From Octopus bimaculoides (taxonomy: Eukaryota): 62,835 nucleotides of DNA. Both the position numbers and the translations under genes were made by a program. The notes beneath the pieces are model-generated. The model saw nothing but the letters and a program-made list of their open reading frames with translations. It searched no databases and had not been told where the DNA came from. Below are positions 1 through 12,320 of the stretch, in pieces. The stretch's first letter is position 1; each line of letters begins with the position of its first letter. The DNA lies in NCBI RefSeq assembly GCF_001194135.2, contig NC_068989.1, positions 35,222,329 to 35,285,163 of the forward strand, in the 5' to 3' direction.

Positions 1-379
1 ATAACTCCATAGGTAATGATTAAATAGCTGTTCAAGAAAAACAGTAAAAATTCAATAACAATATATTATAAATTAACTACCAACAATAATTGGTAAGCTA
101 ACTTAAAAAATCATCACCAAAATAGCAGAAAAAAACGACAGTGAAGATATGCAGACTCTTCAAGAATCGATCCTTTTGGTTATATTAATAATGATAAAGG
201 AGTTACGACGCAAAAACGTATAAATTCAAAAGAACATATTTATCTTCTTCAATATATATTTCAGTATAAAGAATTCATTAAGATGCTTAAATCAAAATTT
301 CTTTACACATCATTCAGGAACAGATATAACATCAGAAAAAATACATTCCGTTTAAAAACACAAACCGTTCATGATATTT

Positions 380-498
380 ACCACAATGAAAAAAATACGA
401 GAAAGATATGGTATATCATTTTTATTGTGCAGGGGTTCCTTGAGACTTGTAATGTATTTTAAGTGTTACATAAGGTTAAAAAGGTTGAGAAATCACTG
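380..498. mobile_element. End of a non-autonomous hAT-type DNA transposon (terminal inverted repeat remnant)
   Basis: GGTTGAGAAATCACTG at 483-498 is the reverse complement of CAGTGATTTCTCAACC, resembling the CAGTGGTTCTCAAC terminus typical of hAT MITEs. The partner end was not found. Confidence 0.4.
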
Positions 499-831
499 AT
501 ATAGAGCCTCCTCATTGGCATATCTCAATATAAATCTATTTGATTGTTTATTTGTGGAGTTTGTTGAATCCTGTTACTTTAATGTGAGAATAATTCAAGT
601 GTGATTTGCAAAATTATTTATCTCTTAAGATAAAACATGTCAGAACATTCACAACACTCTAATCTCTGATTCAAGGCTAACGACTGAGATAACTTCATTT
701 TACTGTACAATATGTGTGTGTGTGTGTGTGTGCATGCATGTGCGTATGTCTTACTGTTTCAATATTTGACCTATTTTCTCTGTGGGTTATGGTGTCAGTC
801 TTTAAATGGGTTTGCCTCCATGCCTACCTAA

Positions 832-834
<3 letters not shown>

Positions 835-898
<64 letters not shown>

Positions 899-899
899 C
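835..899. repeat. (CTAT)n tetranucleotide microsatellite
   Basis: Direct reading of the sequence. Confidence 0.95.
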
Positions 900-1001
900 C
901 TGTTTGTGTGTCTGGAACTGTATTGACATTTTCCTCAGTGTTCCTCTTTCTGTTTCTCTATAAGTATATATGTACAAATACTTAAATGAAATTTCATATA
1001 G

Positions 1002-1032
<31 letters not shown>

Positions 1033-1034
1033 AC

Positions 1035-1165
1035 ATGTGGCTCAGTAGTTAGGATGTTGAACTCATGATTGTAAGATTGTGGTTTTGATTCCTTGGTGTC
1101 CTGTCCTGATAAGGAATATATATGCCACAGAATCTAGGAAACCAGCCTTATAAGTCTATGACCTA
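1035..1165 (+). mobile_element. tRNA-derived SINE family C, internally deleted copy
   Basis: Head GTGGCTCAGTAGTTAGGATGTTGAACTCATGATTGTAAG with B-box-like GGTTTTGATTCC; homologous to the fuller copy at 18668-18905. Confidence 0.6.
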
Positions 1166-1189
1166 AGAAAAAGTTTTGATCTTTTTCTT

Positions 1190-1212
1190 ATGTATGTATG
1201 TATGTATGTATG

Positions 1213-1279
<67 letters not shown>

Positions 1280-1280
1280 A

Positions 1281-1324
<44 letters not shown>

Positions 1325-1355
1325 CACACACACACACACACATGTATGCATGTAT

Positions 1356-1406
<51 letters not shown>

Positions 1407-1510
1407 TATGTTTATGCATACACACACACATATATATATATAATATATATATATATACACACACATATGTTAATATGCACACATATACGTGTATATATAT
1501 ATATATATAA
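1190..1510. repeat. Compound (TATG)/(TA)/(TG)/(CA) microsatellite
   Basis: Direct reading; explains the YIYI/CVCV ORFs in the ORF track. Confidence 0.95.
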
Positions 1511-1522
1511 GATATACTTATA

Positions 1523-2283
1523 CAGGGTTTTCCATAAAGGGCGTCTAATTTGAAAGGTGAATGATTAAAACGAATTCTTATAAACATGGTTATATTCTAC
1601 ATATTTCTAATGAGTTATGTCTCCTGTTTAGGTATGGAACACAATATCAGTCATATGTCCACCTGCACTGAGTCTGCATACATTTATGCTCTCCTCAAAA
1701 TTTCAAATAACTCTCTCACAGATGTGTGGCCCGATGCCTCCAACCACATGCCTGATTTTAGCTCTGCATTCAGGAATTGTGCATGATTTCTTAATGTATA
1801 TCTGTGATTTCACATATCCCCAGAAGAAGAAATAACAATGAGTAAGATCGTAGGACCTTGATGGCCATTGCTCGTCACCATGCAAGGATATCACTTGTTG
1901 CAGAAACTTTTTGTGGAGTAATGCAAGCGTTTGGCACAAAGTGTGACAGGTCGCTCCATCCTGATGAAACCAGAGGTTGTCAATCTCCATATCTTCCAAG
2001 TGGTTACATGTCTCAGTAACGTTCTCCATTAATGGTAACTGCATTCCCCTCATCATTTTCAAAGAAGAATGGTCCATGCACTCCACCTGCCCCAAAACCA
2101 CACCACACAGTCACTTTCAGTAGATGTATTTAATGTTCTTGCATTATTTGAGGGTTTTCATTTCCCCAAATCTAGCAGTTCTGTTTATTGACAAATCCAC
2201 TCCAGTGGAAGAGGGCCTCATCACTGAGGGTGATTTTCTTTGCAAAATTTTCATCAGCTGCAAGTCTCTCCACAACCCAGTCA
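1523..2283 (-). mobile_element. Degenerate Tc1/mariner transposon, rosa/DD41D-like (3' part of transposase plus terminus)
   Basis: Minus-strand motifs FAKKITLSDEALFHWSGFVNKQNC, KVTVWCGFG, WFHQDGATCHT and WPSRSYDLTHCYFFFWGYVKSQIY. There are 41 residues between the QDG Asp and the third catalytic position, which is Tyr here (dead). TA|CAGGGTTTTCC terminus at 1521-1533. Confidence 0.85.
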
Positions 2284-2284
2284 G

Positions 2285-5200
2285 TAAATTTTTTATCGAA
2301 AATTTTCAGTGAAGGAAATTTCCTGTTCAATACTCACTGGCAAAATTTAAATTTAGTTAAAAAAGATGATGAAAATTTCGTAACCTATGCTGGGGTTGTT
2401 AACAGAGAGAGGGAAAAATTGAAATTAAATGTATTAACCCTGGACTTTTTCAAATGTCTAATTTTTGTTCAAGGGCTGACTGCAACCAAAGATGCTGATA
2501 TATGTTCCTGTATACTAACAAAATTAGAGCAGGAACAAAAATTAACTCTATAGGCAGTGGCTGAAGAATGCCAGAGGATTATAAATTTAAGACATGACGT
2601 GGATAAAAATGAAGAAAAAAATTGCTCTCAGATACAATGTGTGTCGACCTGAAACGGATAAAAAAAAAAAAGAAAAACGAACGTCAAGACCAAATCTATG
2701 CAATAGGTGTGGAGGTTTACATTTTAAAAGTAATTGTCCTTTTAAAAATCTTAAATGTTTTGAGTGTGGAAAAATTGGACATAAACGCTCACATTGTATA
2801 GCGAAACAAAAAAGAAATGTATTGTCAACAAAAAAGAAATGCATTGTCAACAAAAATTCTAAGCGAGGCTTAGAAAAAAAAATTTGTGTCCATAAAAATG
2901 AATAATGTGAATATCAAGTTATAATTGGATACAGGCAGTGATATCATGATAGTTAACACAGATACATGGAGAAAAATAGGGAAACCTAGATTAAAGGAAA
3001 CTTTGAAAATTGCATGAGGTGCTTCAGGAAAAAAATTGCATTTTATGGGAAAATGATAAGTGATGTTACATTTCGTGGGAAAACATTGAAAGCCAAAGTT
3101 TTCATGTTGAAAGATATGACAAATTTATTCGGAACAAACTGGATGGAATTATTCAACTTATGGGACCTCCCCTTAAATATCTTTTGTAAAAATGGGAATG
3201 GTTCTTCCACCAGTACAAATAAAGTGTTGAAGGATTTAAAAAAAGAATTTAAAAAAATTTTTCCTGAAGTTTTTTTTCTGATGAATTGGGTCTTTGCACC
3301 AAAACAGAGGTGGAGTTTCAAGTGAAAGAAAACTTTAAACCGGTATTTAAACCAAAATGAACGGAACCTTTAACAGCGTTGAAACAAGTCAATGGATAGA
3401 CTTGAAAAGCTTGGCATTATTGAAAAAATTGATTACACAAAATAGGCGTCCACAACAGTTTATGTCAAGAAAAAATAATAAAATCTGAGTATGTGCTGAT
3501 TTTTCAACAGGTTTAAATGAATGCTTGATGCCATATAATTACCTGTTACCAAGTCTGGAGGAAATTTTCACGAAGTTGAATGGAGGAAAATTTTTTCAAA
3601 GTTGGACCTATCTGAAGCATACTTGTGGGTAAAAGTTGAGGAATGTTCAAAATTATTGACAATAAATACTCATGAGGGGTTGTATAAATTTAATCAACTT
3701 CCTTTTGGTATAAAGGTAGCATCTGGCATTTTCCAACTAGTTATAGACACTATGCTCACAGGTTTGGATTTTGCTATAGCTTACCTTAATGACATACTCA
3801 TAAAAAGTGAATCCCAGGGTCAGCACGCTGAGCATGTTAAAAAGGGTCTTCGAAAGAATAAAAGATTCTTCAGCAAGGAAAAGTATGAATTATTTATGCC
3901 AAGAATAAAATATCTAGGGCAGATTATTGATGAAAATGGATGCAGACCTGACCCGTTTAGGGTGAGTGCAATAAAAAATATGCCTCCCCCGACAAACATT
4001 ACAATATTACAAGCATTTTTGGGGCTTGCAAATTACTACCAGGTATACATACCAAATATGCATGATTTAAGAGCACCCCCAAATAACTTGTTAAAAACAG
4101 ATGTTAAATGGAACTGATCAGACAAATGCCAAAAAGCTTTTGAAGAAATTAAATATGTCTTAATGTCAGAATTGTCATTATCACATTTTGACCTGAATTT
4201 AGAAATAGTAGTGGCATCAGATACTAGTGAAAGTGTAATTGGAGCTGTGATTTTTACAAATATGAGGATGGTAGCCTGAAAGCAGTAGCTCATGCTTCAC
4301 GTTCATTACTGCCAGCTAAGAAAAGTTAGTCAAATAGAAAAGGAAGTATTAGCCATCATATTTGCAGTAAGAAAAATTCCATAAATTTATACATGGAAGA
4401 AGGTTCCATCTGCAGACAGACCACTGCCCATTATTGTTGGTCTATGGATCAAAAAAGGGCATCTCCACCCATACAGCCAACAGAATACAGCACTGGGGGA
4501 TGATCCTACTGAATTATGACTTCAAAATGGAGTATTTGCCATCTAAAAAATTGGGACATGCAGATGGTTCGTCAAGGTTAATACCATAATACAGTGAACC
4601 ACTAGAAGACACAATGACAGTGGCGTTTAGAGCCAAAAATTAAATAAAAAATATATTGTGCAACGTTGTGCATGAATTGCCTGTGACATTGGAGGAAAGA
4701 AAAATTAAGGCAGAGACAGATGAGTTTATCATAAAAATGAAAAAAATAATGAGATCAAAAGAAACAAATAAAAAAATAAGTGTGATTGGACGTAATACAG
4801 TTTTGAATTTTTATTCAATATGTGATAATGTGCTTATGTATGCACAGAGGGTCATAATGCCTGCCTCACTACAAAATCGAATGTTAAAGAAATTCCACAC
4901 TGGATATCCAGGAATTTCTAGGATGAAGTTACTTATGATGAGTTATGTTTACTGGCCAAAAATGGATCTGGATATTGAGAAGTTGGTAAAATCCTGCAGT
5001 GGTTGTGTTCTTGCAGCGAAATAATCACCTATAAAATTTCAACCATTGACCAAGCTGCACATAAACTTCGCAGGACTGTTAAACTGATCATATTATCTAA
5101 TAGTGGTAGATAGCTTTACAAAATGGCCAGAAATGTGTAAATGTAGAAAACCGACCTCCATGGTAACAGTGGATTTTCTATACAAACATTTTGCTAGGTA

Positions 5201-5990
5201 TGGTGTCCCGGATACCATAGTCTCTGATGACGGTACACAATTTACAGTGAATGAATTCAAGAATTTTTGCAAAATGTACTCAATTGAACATATCACTACT
5301 CCTCTGTATCATCTAAGGTTGAACAGGCAAGTGGAATGCTTTGTGAACATGTTCAAAAAGGCACTAAAGAAATCCAGAAATGAGTTAGTGGATGATGTAG
5401 CATTGACACAATTCCTGGGAGTTCACTGTGTAATGACAAACCCTAATACATTTTCAGACAAGAAAAATTAGATCAGTATTTGACAAGTTATTACTTGGAA
5501 GAAAAATAAAATCTAGGGAAAAACACTCAAAATACGACCAAGTATTTCAAAACTGGTAATAAGGTATTTTTCAGAGTGTACAGAAATGGAAAAGGAGGTT
5601 GAGAAGATAACAAAATAATAAAATGGGTTGGTAAAAGGCTTTAAATTGGAACATAAAAGACATAAATCAGCTGAAAAGAAGGTTTGCTGAAGAAAGGGTT
5701 ACGACGAAAGAAGTACCCATGGAAGTTCTCTACAATATTTTTGATGTGCCGACTCCACAAGAAATCGTCGAACCAAAGGCATAACAGTACAAAAAAAAAG
5801 AAAGCCTATGGAATTGTTGGAGGTAGTTCCAAAACGGAAACAATATTGAGTTTCAAATGGAAGTTTCAAATGAAAGGAAGATTTGGTGTAGAAAAAAAAT
5901 TCACTTCCAACAGAAGTCGATTTCAAAAGGGGAGATGGTGATACACATTAACACACCTGTGTATTTAAAAGATGGACTCATCGGATTGTT
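2285..5990 (+). mobile_element. Degenerate Ty3/gypsy LTR retrotransposon (gag-PR-RT-RNaseH-IN order) with polypurine tract
   Basis: Gag zinc knuckles CNRCGGLHFKSNC and CFECGKIGHKRSHC (2594-2905). Protease LDTGSD (2925-2942). RT DLSEAYL and YLND (3602-4117). RNase H region ~4200-4500. Integrase H/C motif, SDDGTQF and DDE region (4800-5470). PPT AAAAGGGGAGATGG at 5925-5938 followed by TG. Many stops and frameshifts. Confidence 0.92.
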
Positions 5991-6125
5991 ATATTGTTGA
6001 TGACGTCAGGGGGCGTTTTTGAATCTTGTGCTTTTGACGAGTAAAAATAAAGTACTTCTTATGAAGACATTGATTTTTACTTCTGCTTTGTAATACTATA
6101 TATCTAAACGGTTTAAGGATATAAA

Positions 6126-6191
<66 letters not shown>

Positions 6192-6304
6192 GTGTGTGTC
6201 TATGTATGGATATATATATATATATATACACACACACATATATGCATGCCTACATATATATANNNNNNNNNNNNNNNNNNNNNNNNNNNNNNNNNNNNNN
6301 NNNN

Positions 6305-6361
<57 letters not shown>

Positions 6362-7107
6362 CATATATATATATATACATACACACACACGCATACACAC
6401 ACACACACACACATAAGCGATGTTATTATCAGTTCAAATATGGTAAAAGCACATTTGGACTTGTAAACAAGCTATTCACTGTGTTTTGACATGGAGAAAA
6501 TTTCTTGCTTTAGACATATGGTGTAAATCACTCAAATCAGCTTTCAGTGCTACCTATCCAGACTATATATATATCATTCCCTTTGTCTCTGATTTTTTTC
6601 TAATCCTTCAATACTGCTGTCCCCTACCCATTTCTCCTCTTCCATGTGACCAGTGTTTGGCCAGCCATGTTCTTTCTTTCTTGGCCTGACTACCGACCGT
6701 CAATACATTTTGTGTCCATCTCCAATGTTCCTGCCTTTAGGCTTTCACTCTATACACACCAGCTCAATTTGAATCGTTCACAGTTGAAAGACGCCTGTTG
6801 TTATTTCTTGTTTTTTGTATTCATAATTCTGTACCATGTTCTCCATTTAAAAAAAAAATTTTTGTCTTTGTTGCTGTACACATACACTAGCTTTCTTACA
6901 AAGGGGTTTAATGCTCTTAGCTTAGACTTTTTGGGGGACAACCAGATCGAACCATCTCAAGTGTAACTGTCTGAAATGGTCGTGACTTCTGGTACTTGAC
7001 TGAAGAAAGGAAGCCGAGAATGACCGTCTTTTCTGCCTGTCCTTCTAATTGTTTCTCTTGTCTGCCTTTGTGTCATTTATCTGTCCGAACATTTTAGTGC
7101 CCTCTAT

Positions 7108-7740
7108 TCTTCAGGGTTAAAAGGGAACTGTCCTTGGTTAGATGTTTCTTGTTGGAGATAAAATAATTTTATGATTATATTTGAATTTTCAAGTGTTTCT
7201 CTTCTTCGTGAATGTTAGTTACATATATATATATATATATATATGTAAGGAGTTTTATATAGGCAGCACAATTCGAACTTTGCATACTCGCATTAAGAAA
7301 CATCTCAACACATCCTCCTTCAAAAAACACACTGATAAATGTAAAATACCAACAAACAAATTAAAGTTACTATTGAAGCCAATAGAATTAAGGAAGCTTT
7401 GATTATCTATAAATTAAGCCCAAAAATAAATAATAGATTGGAGCTGGGCACACAATACATAACATGACATACACACACAGACACATTTGCTACATTATAG
7501 AAAGAAGGTAATGGAAATTGATTTGTGGAGCGATAAGTTAATAATTGACATCACTAACATTCACAAAGAAGAGAAATGCTTGAAAATTCAAATATAATCA
7601 TAAAATAATTTTATCTCCGACAAGAAACATCTAAACAAGGACAGTTCCTTTTTAACCCTGAAGAAGGGACTTGTATGTTCCAAAATATTGGATACACATA
7701 GGACCAAAGATTACTAGGTAACTTACTTTTAGTTTACATT
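7108..7740 (+). mobile_element. Penelope-like element 3' fragment: GIY-YIG endonuclease C-terminus, pseudo-LTR and an inverted pseudo-LTR copy
   Basis: CKEFYIGSTIRTLHTRIKKH at ~7244-7305 (GIY-YIG YIG/R motifs), then EALIIYKLSPKINN in another frame. 7108-7219 is the reverse complement of 7553-7664. Confidence 0.8.
7654..7693 (+). ncRNA. Minimal type-I hammerhead ribozyme motif, probably inactivated (G12>A)
   Basis: AACC-CTGAAGA-A-GGGAC ttgtat GTTCC-[A]AAA-TATT-GGAT. Core CUGAAGA, 5-bp stem II and self-complementary ATAT stem III; GAAA is mutated to AAAA. Confidence 0.55.
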
Positions 7741-8092
7741 ACCTCATCTTAAAATCTTTTTGCATTGTTTAGCCTTTTACATCTTTCAACATTATATATA
7801 TATATATATATATATGCACATATATATGTGTATGTATGTATGTATGTGTGTGTGTGCATGTATATATATGTATATATATATGTGTGTGTATATATACATA
7901 TGTATGTGTGTGTGTGTGTATGTATGTGCATGTATATATATATATATATATAGTTGAGATTTACAGAAAAACAAAAGATGAAGATGGGTGTGTCAACAAC
8001 AAACAGGTGTATTAGTTTAATGTTCAGGAAGGTGAGAAAATCTTTTACATTTCGAGCCTATGCTCTTCAGCATTTATATACATATATACATG

Positions 8093-8290
8093 AGAGGGGT
8101 GCTTTAAAGGTATGAAAAGCTTAGTTGGATAACCGAACTTCTGAGTTCTTTTACAGGGCTTAGAAAAACTGAAGGGCTGTTACAATCAGTCCGTGCATCT
8201 GGGAGGGGAATATGTTCAATAAAATCATAATTAACTGATCCTCCTGTATTTTCTTTTACCCAAAGCCAGGAACTTTTCAGTGTCCCCTCG
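8093..8290 (+). mobile_element. Short mariner-derived deletion element (transposase C-terminal remnant and TIR)
   Basis: GLEKLKGCYNQSVHLGGEYVQ* resembles the mariner C-terminus; ends GAGGGGTGCT...AGTGTCCCCTCG are inverted-repeat-like. Confidence 0.6.
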
Positions 8291-8375
8291 TGTGTGTGTA
8301 TTTACCAGAATAAGCATATAAATGTGAAACAAGGTGGAAAAAATAGTACTCGAATACTGGAAGTAGAGTAATATG

Positions 8376-8504
8376 CTTTATTAATAACGCTGCAAAGACA
8401 TCACAAAAACTATTACTCAGAGTTTCATGTTCCTGTTCATCAAACAGGAATGTGAAACTCTGAGTAATAGTTTTTATGATGTCTTTGCAACTTTATTAAT
8501 AAAG
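8376..8504. repeat. Near-perfect fold-back palindrome containing a decayed hammerhead motif
   Basis: CTTTATTAATAA...TGCAAAGACATCACAAAAACTATTACTCAGAGTTTCATGTTCCTGTT is mirrored by AACAGGAATGTGAAACTCTGAGTAATAGTTTTTATGATGTCTTTGCA...TTATTAATAAAG. Confidence 0.9.
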
Positions 8505-8685
8505 TNNNNNNNNNNNNNNNNNNNNNNNNNNNNNNNNNNNNNNNNNNNNNNNNNNNNNNNNNNNNNNNATATATATATATATATATATATATAATGTATA
8601 TATCCTATATATCCTGAGAGATTGTTATCAGACTCTTGTAAAAATAAACCTTGTGCCAGGATTACAACCTCTACTCCTTTTCCAG

Positions 8686-8899
8686 GTGGCAAACTGGGAA
8701 CTGGACTGAATGTAGCCAGAGTTGTGGTGCAGGTGGCATCAGGAAACGGTCAGTGATATGCATCCAGTTTATTGATGACAATGAACAGGTGATTCTGGAA
8801 GATAAAGACTGTGCTAACACACAAGTACCTCCGCAATCTCAAGAGTCTTGTAACCATAAAGTTTGTCCACCAATATGGCTGGCCTGGGAGTGGTCTGAG
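8686..8899 (+). CDS. ADAMTS6/10-like: ADAMTS6/10-like metalloprotease, internal exon (TSP1 repeat)
   Basis: TTTTCCAG acceptor and GTGAGT donor. Encodes WQTGNWTECSQSCGAGGIRKRSVIC...CNHKVCPPIWLAWEWSE; phase 0 join to the next exon. Confidence 0.92.
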
Positions 8900-9728
8900 G
8901 TGAGTTTATATTCTTTAGATATTAGAAAAAAATGTTTAAATAATGAAATGCACATGTTTCATTTGGTCAAACAAGTTGTTAGTTTCATTTCTCTGTTTGG
9001 TCTGGAAGATTTTTTATGTGAATTCATGTGTTGAAACAAATTTTGTTGTGCCTAGGGTGAGTCGTTATGAATAAAAAACAAAACAAACAACTGACTGTTT
9101 AACCAACAAATTAAACAAATGATTGGTTAGCTATTTGGATAGATATTTAACCAATAGACTAATAATAAAGGAATGGAATTGAACCAGTGAGTGTGTTATT
9201 AATATTGGCATAATGACTCTCCCTAGACACAACAAAATTTGTTAATTGTTGTCAAGTTCCTGATCAGCTGTGATCATGCAATAATAATAATAGAAAATAT
9301 CACAGTTTTGACCATTTTTCCTTTTTCTATATCTATGACTACATTATTCTATGTGTCATTCCTGTTTTGAGTAGGTAGGATTTGATTTGTGAAAATATGG
9401 TTGCTGTTTCTTGCAGAACAAGCCACTGCATAGAGAGGTTTCTTCACTGATTTTCCAAGTGTTATGGTTGAGTGAGATATTGAACTCCTCTCACTGGAGA
9501 GGAGCTTGTGGCCCATCACTCATTATGTGAAGCTTCACTGAAGGAGGAATTAAACTTTGTCAACTTCAGTTGTTACTACTGTTGTTGTAATTGTCACTGT
9601 GTAGTATATCTTTGGATGTGGCATGGTACTATATGTTACAGTGTAGTATAGTAAATATAGTATAACTTTGAGCTATGGCATGGAATTGGATGCTATAATA
9701 ATGTATAAATTTATTTTTCCTTTCATAG

Positions 9729-9908
9729 TGTGTACCAAAATGTGGTCGGAATCGGTTAAAGACAAGAGAGGTACGGTGTGTGTCCAGCAGTAGTCGCAGG
9801 AATCTAGATGAAAGTATGTGTGACTCTAAAACTCGACTGCCCAGCCAAGCTTGGTGTGAGATCAACAACTGTGAGCAAGCTCATTGGGATCGTGGACCTT
9901 GGAGCCTG
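9729..9908 (+). CDS. ADAMTS6/10-like: ADAMTS6/10-like, internal exon (TSP1 repeat)
   Basis: TTTCATAG acceptor, GTATGT donor, 180 bp. Encodes CVPKCGRNRLKTREVRC...CEINNCEQAHWDRGPWSL. Confidence 0.92.
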
Positions 9909-10054
9909 GTATGTTTGAAGAATTTACTGTCAAATTTCTTTCAAAATGTCACCACAATTTCATCATTTTTTTTTTATATATTTTTTTTTTCAAAATATTT
10001 TTTCAGATTTTACTTTTTTTGTGAATACTATTAATGGCAGTTTTGATATTATCA

Positions 10055-10420
10055 TCATCACCATTTAATGTTTGTTTTCCATGCTGATATGGGTTGGATA
10101 GCTTGACTGGGATCAATGAGCCAGAGAACAGTGCAAAGCTCCAGTGTCTGTTTTGACATGATTTCTATAACTGGATGTTTTTCCTAATGCCAACCACTTC
10201 ACAGAATGTACTGGGTGCTTTGTACATGGCACCAGCACTAGTGAGGTAACCAAGTAACTTGAAAGACAAGACCTCTCAAATGAGTTGGGATCTAGTGTTC
10301 AGACAGGTGACATTATGCCAGGTTAAAATATCACAGAGGGACAAAAACAGGTATCTTACAGTGGAGGAGATAGGTAGGTATCCAGTTGGAAACGGAGAGA
10401 AGACAGTGAAGAGATGATAG
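10055..10420 (-). mobile_element. SINE-like family D (RTE-type 3' tail ending in (GAT)n)
   Basis: CATCATC-TTTAATGT..TTTCCATGCT...GGTTGGA...TTTCTA.GGCTGGATG..CTTCCTAATGCCAACC, repeated at 10730-11000, 11495-11585, 11890-12100 (opposite strand), 24470-24620 and 39140-39400. Confidence 0.7.
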
Positions 10421-10729
10421 GGTGTACCCTTAAGTTACAAGAAAGTGAACGTAAGAGAAAGTGATCCAAAGGACTGAACTGGGTGAATGGGTAGGTAAGT
10501 TCATGAGAGTGTGAAAATAGAGAGGTAGATGGAGAGAGGTAGGGACAGAGGTGAATGCAGTGAATAGTGAACATGAGTGGAGATGTGATCAGGTTTAAAA
10601 TATTGAAAACAACATTAAATAAGAGAATATTTATTTTTATTAATGTTCTTTGTTAATTTAGAGTGTGTTATTTTGCATAATGAAGTGTTGATTATTTAAA
10701 TAAATCAAGTCACTATAATCATCATCATC

Positions 10730-11000
10730 ATCATCCTTTAATGTTTGTTTTCCATGCTGACATAGGTTGGATGGTTTGACCAGAGCTGGCAAGCAGGAGA
10801 ATTGCGCCAGGTTTGAGTCTGACTTCACTTGGTTTCTATGGCTGAATGCCCTTCCTAATGCCAACTACTTCACAGAGTGTGCTGAGTGCTTTTTACATGG
10901 TACCAGCAGAGATGCTTTTACGTGGTGCTGGCATGAATGCTATTACATGGTACTAGCATGAGTGCTTTTCATGTGGTGCTGGCACAGGTGTGTTCTGCTT
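10730..11000 (-). mobile_element. SINE-like family D copy with internal ~25-bp minisatellite
   Basis: Homology to 10055-10420; tandem GAGTGCTTTTACATGGTACCAGCA-like units at 10884-10988. Confidence 0.7.
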
Positions 11001-11589
11001 CTGTATGCAATATATCTTAACATAATTATGTCAATGAACCTTGCAGTGAAGCAAATTGAGAGGAAGCTTAACGTTATTCAATGACTGGGAAAGATGGAAA
11101 GAAGAGGTTGTTGTGTCTCTTGTTGTATACTTACAACCTTCCTACATTATAGATTTTCATTGATTCAGTGAGAGTGGTATATAAGCCATGATGAAATTCC
11201 ACTGTATATGCCTGGAGGATAACTAGAATAGAATTTATATAATGCTGTCACAGCTGAGTCTAAGAGACAGGAAGAAATCTCTGTGAGAAAAAAAGAAAAA
11301 AAAACCAGAACCTCAAAAAATTACATTTCACTTCTTTAGTGCTGATTAAAATGATAAAATTTTGTGCTTAGACAGAAGTCATTGAATAAATGTTCTATTT
11401 AAACAGATGAGATTTTAAAAAATTAGTTTGGGTTTTCCATTATAATTTATCTTTTTTTACCATTCAATACAATCAATACCATTAATCATCATCATCATCA
11501 ATTTAATGTCCACTTGATGCTTGCATGGCTCAGACAGAATTCACTGAAGTAGATTTTCTTCAACCAGATGCCCCTTCCTCTGTGTGTCA

Positions 11590-12110
11590 GTGTATGGTGT
11601 ATCTTTTTGTCTTGACTTAGTGTTAGTTGTAAATGAGTGTTACTATCATACAAGCAGTATTGTTCATTTTCATGTGGAAAAAAAAAACATGTCTGAACAT
11701 AAGGAAATGTTATTTTGCTTGACAACAGGTGAGGGTTGGTGGAAGGATGGATATCTGGTCATAGAAAATTGGCCTCAGCAAATTCTGTCGAACCCAAGCA
11801 AGTATTGTAAAATAGATGTTAAAATGGACTGAGATACTGAGAGACCCATCCTCCACAGCAGAAGTGTTAAGGTCACTGCTCCTGGTGAAGAGGATTGGCC
11901 TGCAAGTGTCTTGTGCTGGTGCCACATTAAAAGCATCCAGCATACATTGTAAAGTGGTTGGCATTAGGAAGGGCATCCAGCCATAGAAACCAAGGCAAAT
12001 CAGACTGGAATCTGGTACAACTCTCCAGCTTGCCAACTTTGGTCAAACCATCAAACCCATGTCAATATGGAAAATGGACGTCAAAGAATGATGATGATGA
12101 TGATGATGAT
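11590..12110 (+). mobile_element. SINE-like family D copy, sense orientation, (GAT)n tail
   Basis: GGTTGGCATTAGGAAGGGCATCCAGCCATAGAAACC...GGAAAATGGACGTCAAAGAATGATGATG is the reverse complement of the 10.1 and 10.7 kb copies. Confidence 0.7.
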
Positions 12111-12157
12111 GCATACCATTTATAATAAAGGAAAAAATTACTTAAATTCCATTTCAG

Positions 12158-12320
12158 TGTTCAGTTTCTTGTGGTCCTGGGAAGAAACATCGGACTGTGA
12201 AGTGTAGGACTTCAACAGGGAGTCCAAGTAATAAGTGTGCTCGTCGAAGAAAACCCCCCTCTGTCCAGGAATGTAATACCCCATGTCCCCACACAGAAGA
12301 AAATAAAGAGGGAACTGAAG
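12158..12320 (+). CDS. ADAMTS6/10-like: ADAMTS6/10-like, penultimate coding exon (TSP1 repeat)
   Basis: ATTTCAG acceptor, GTTAGT donor, 163 bp (phase 1). Encodes CSVSCGPGKKHRTVKCRTSTGSPSNKCARRRKPPSVQECNTPCPHTEENKEGTE. Missed by the ORF track. Confidence 0.92.

Noticed and set aside
5965-5995. Minus-strand CCGATGAGTCC resembling a hammerhead core
   Set aside because: No complementary stem II strand or GAAA follows.
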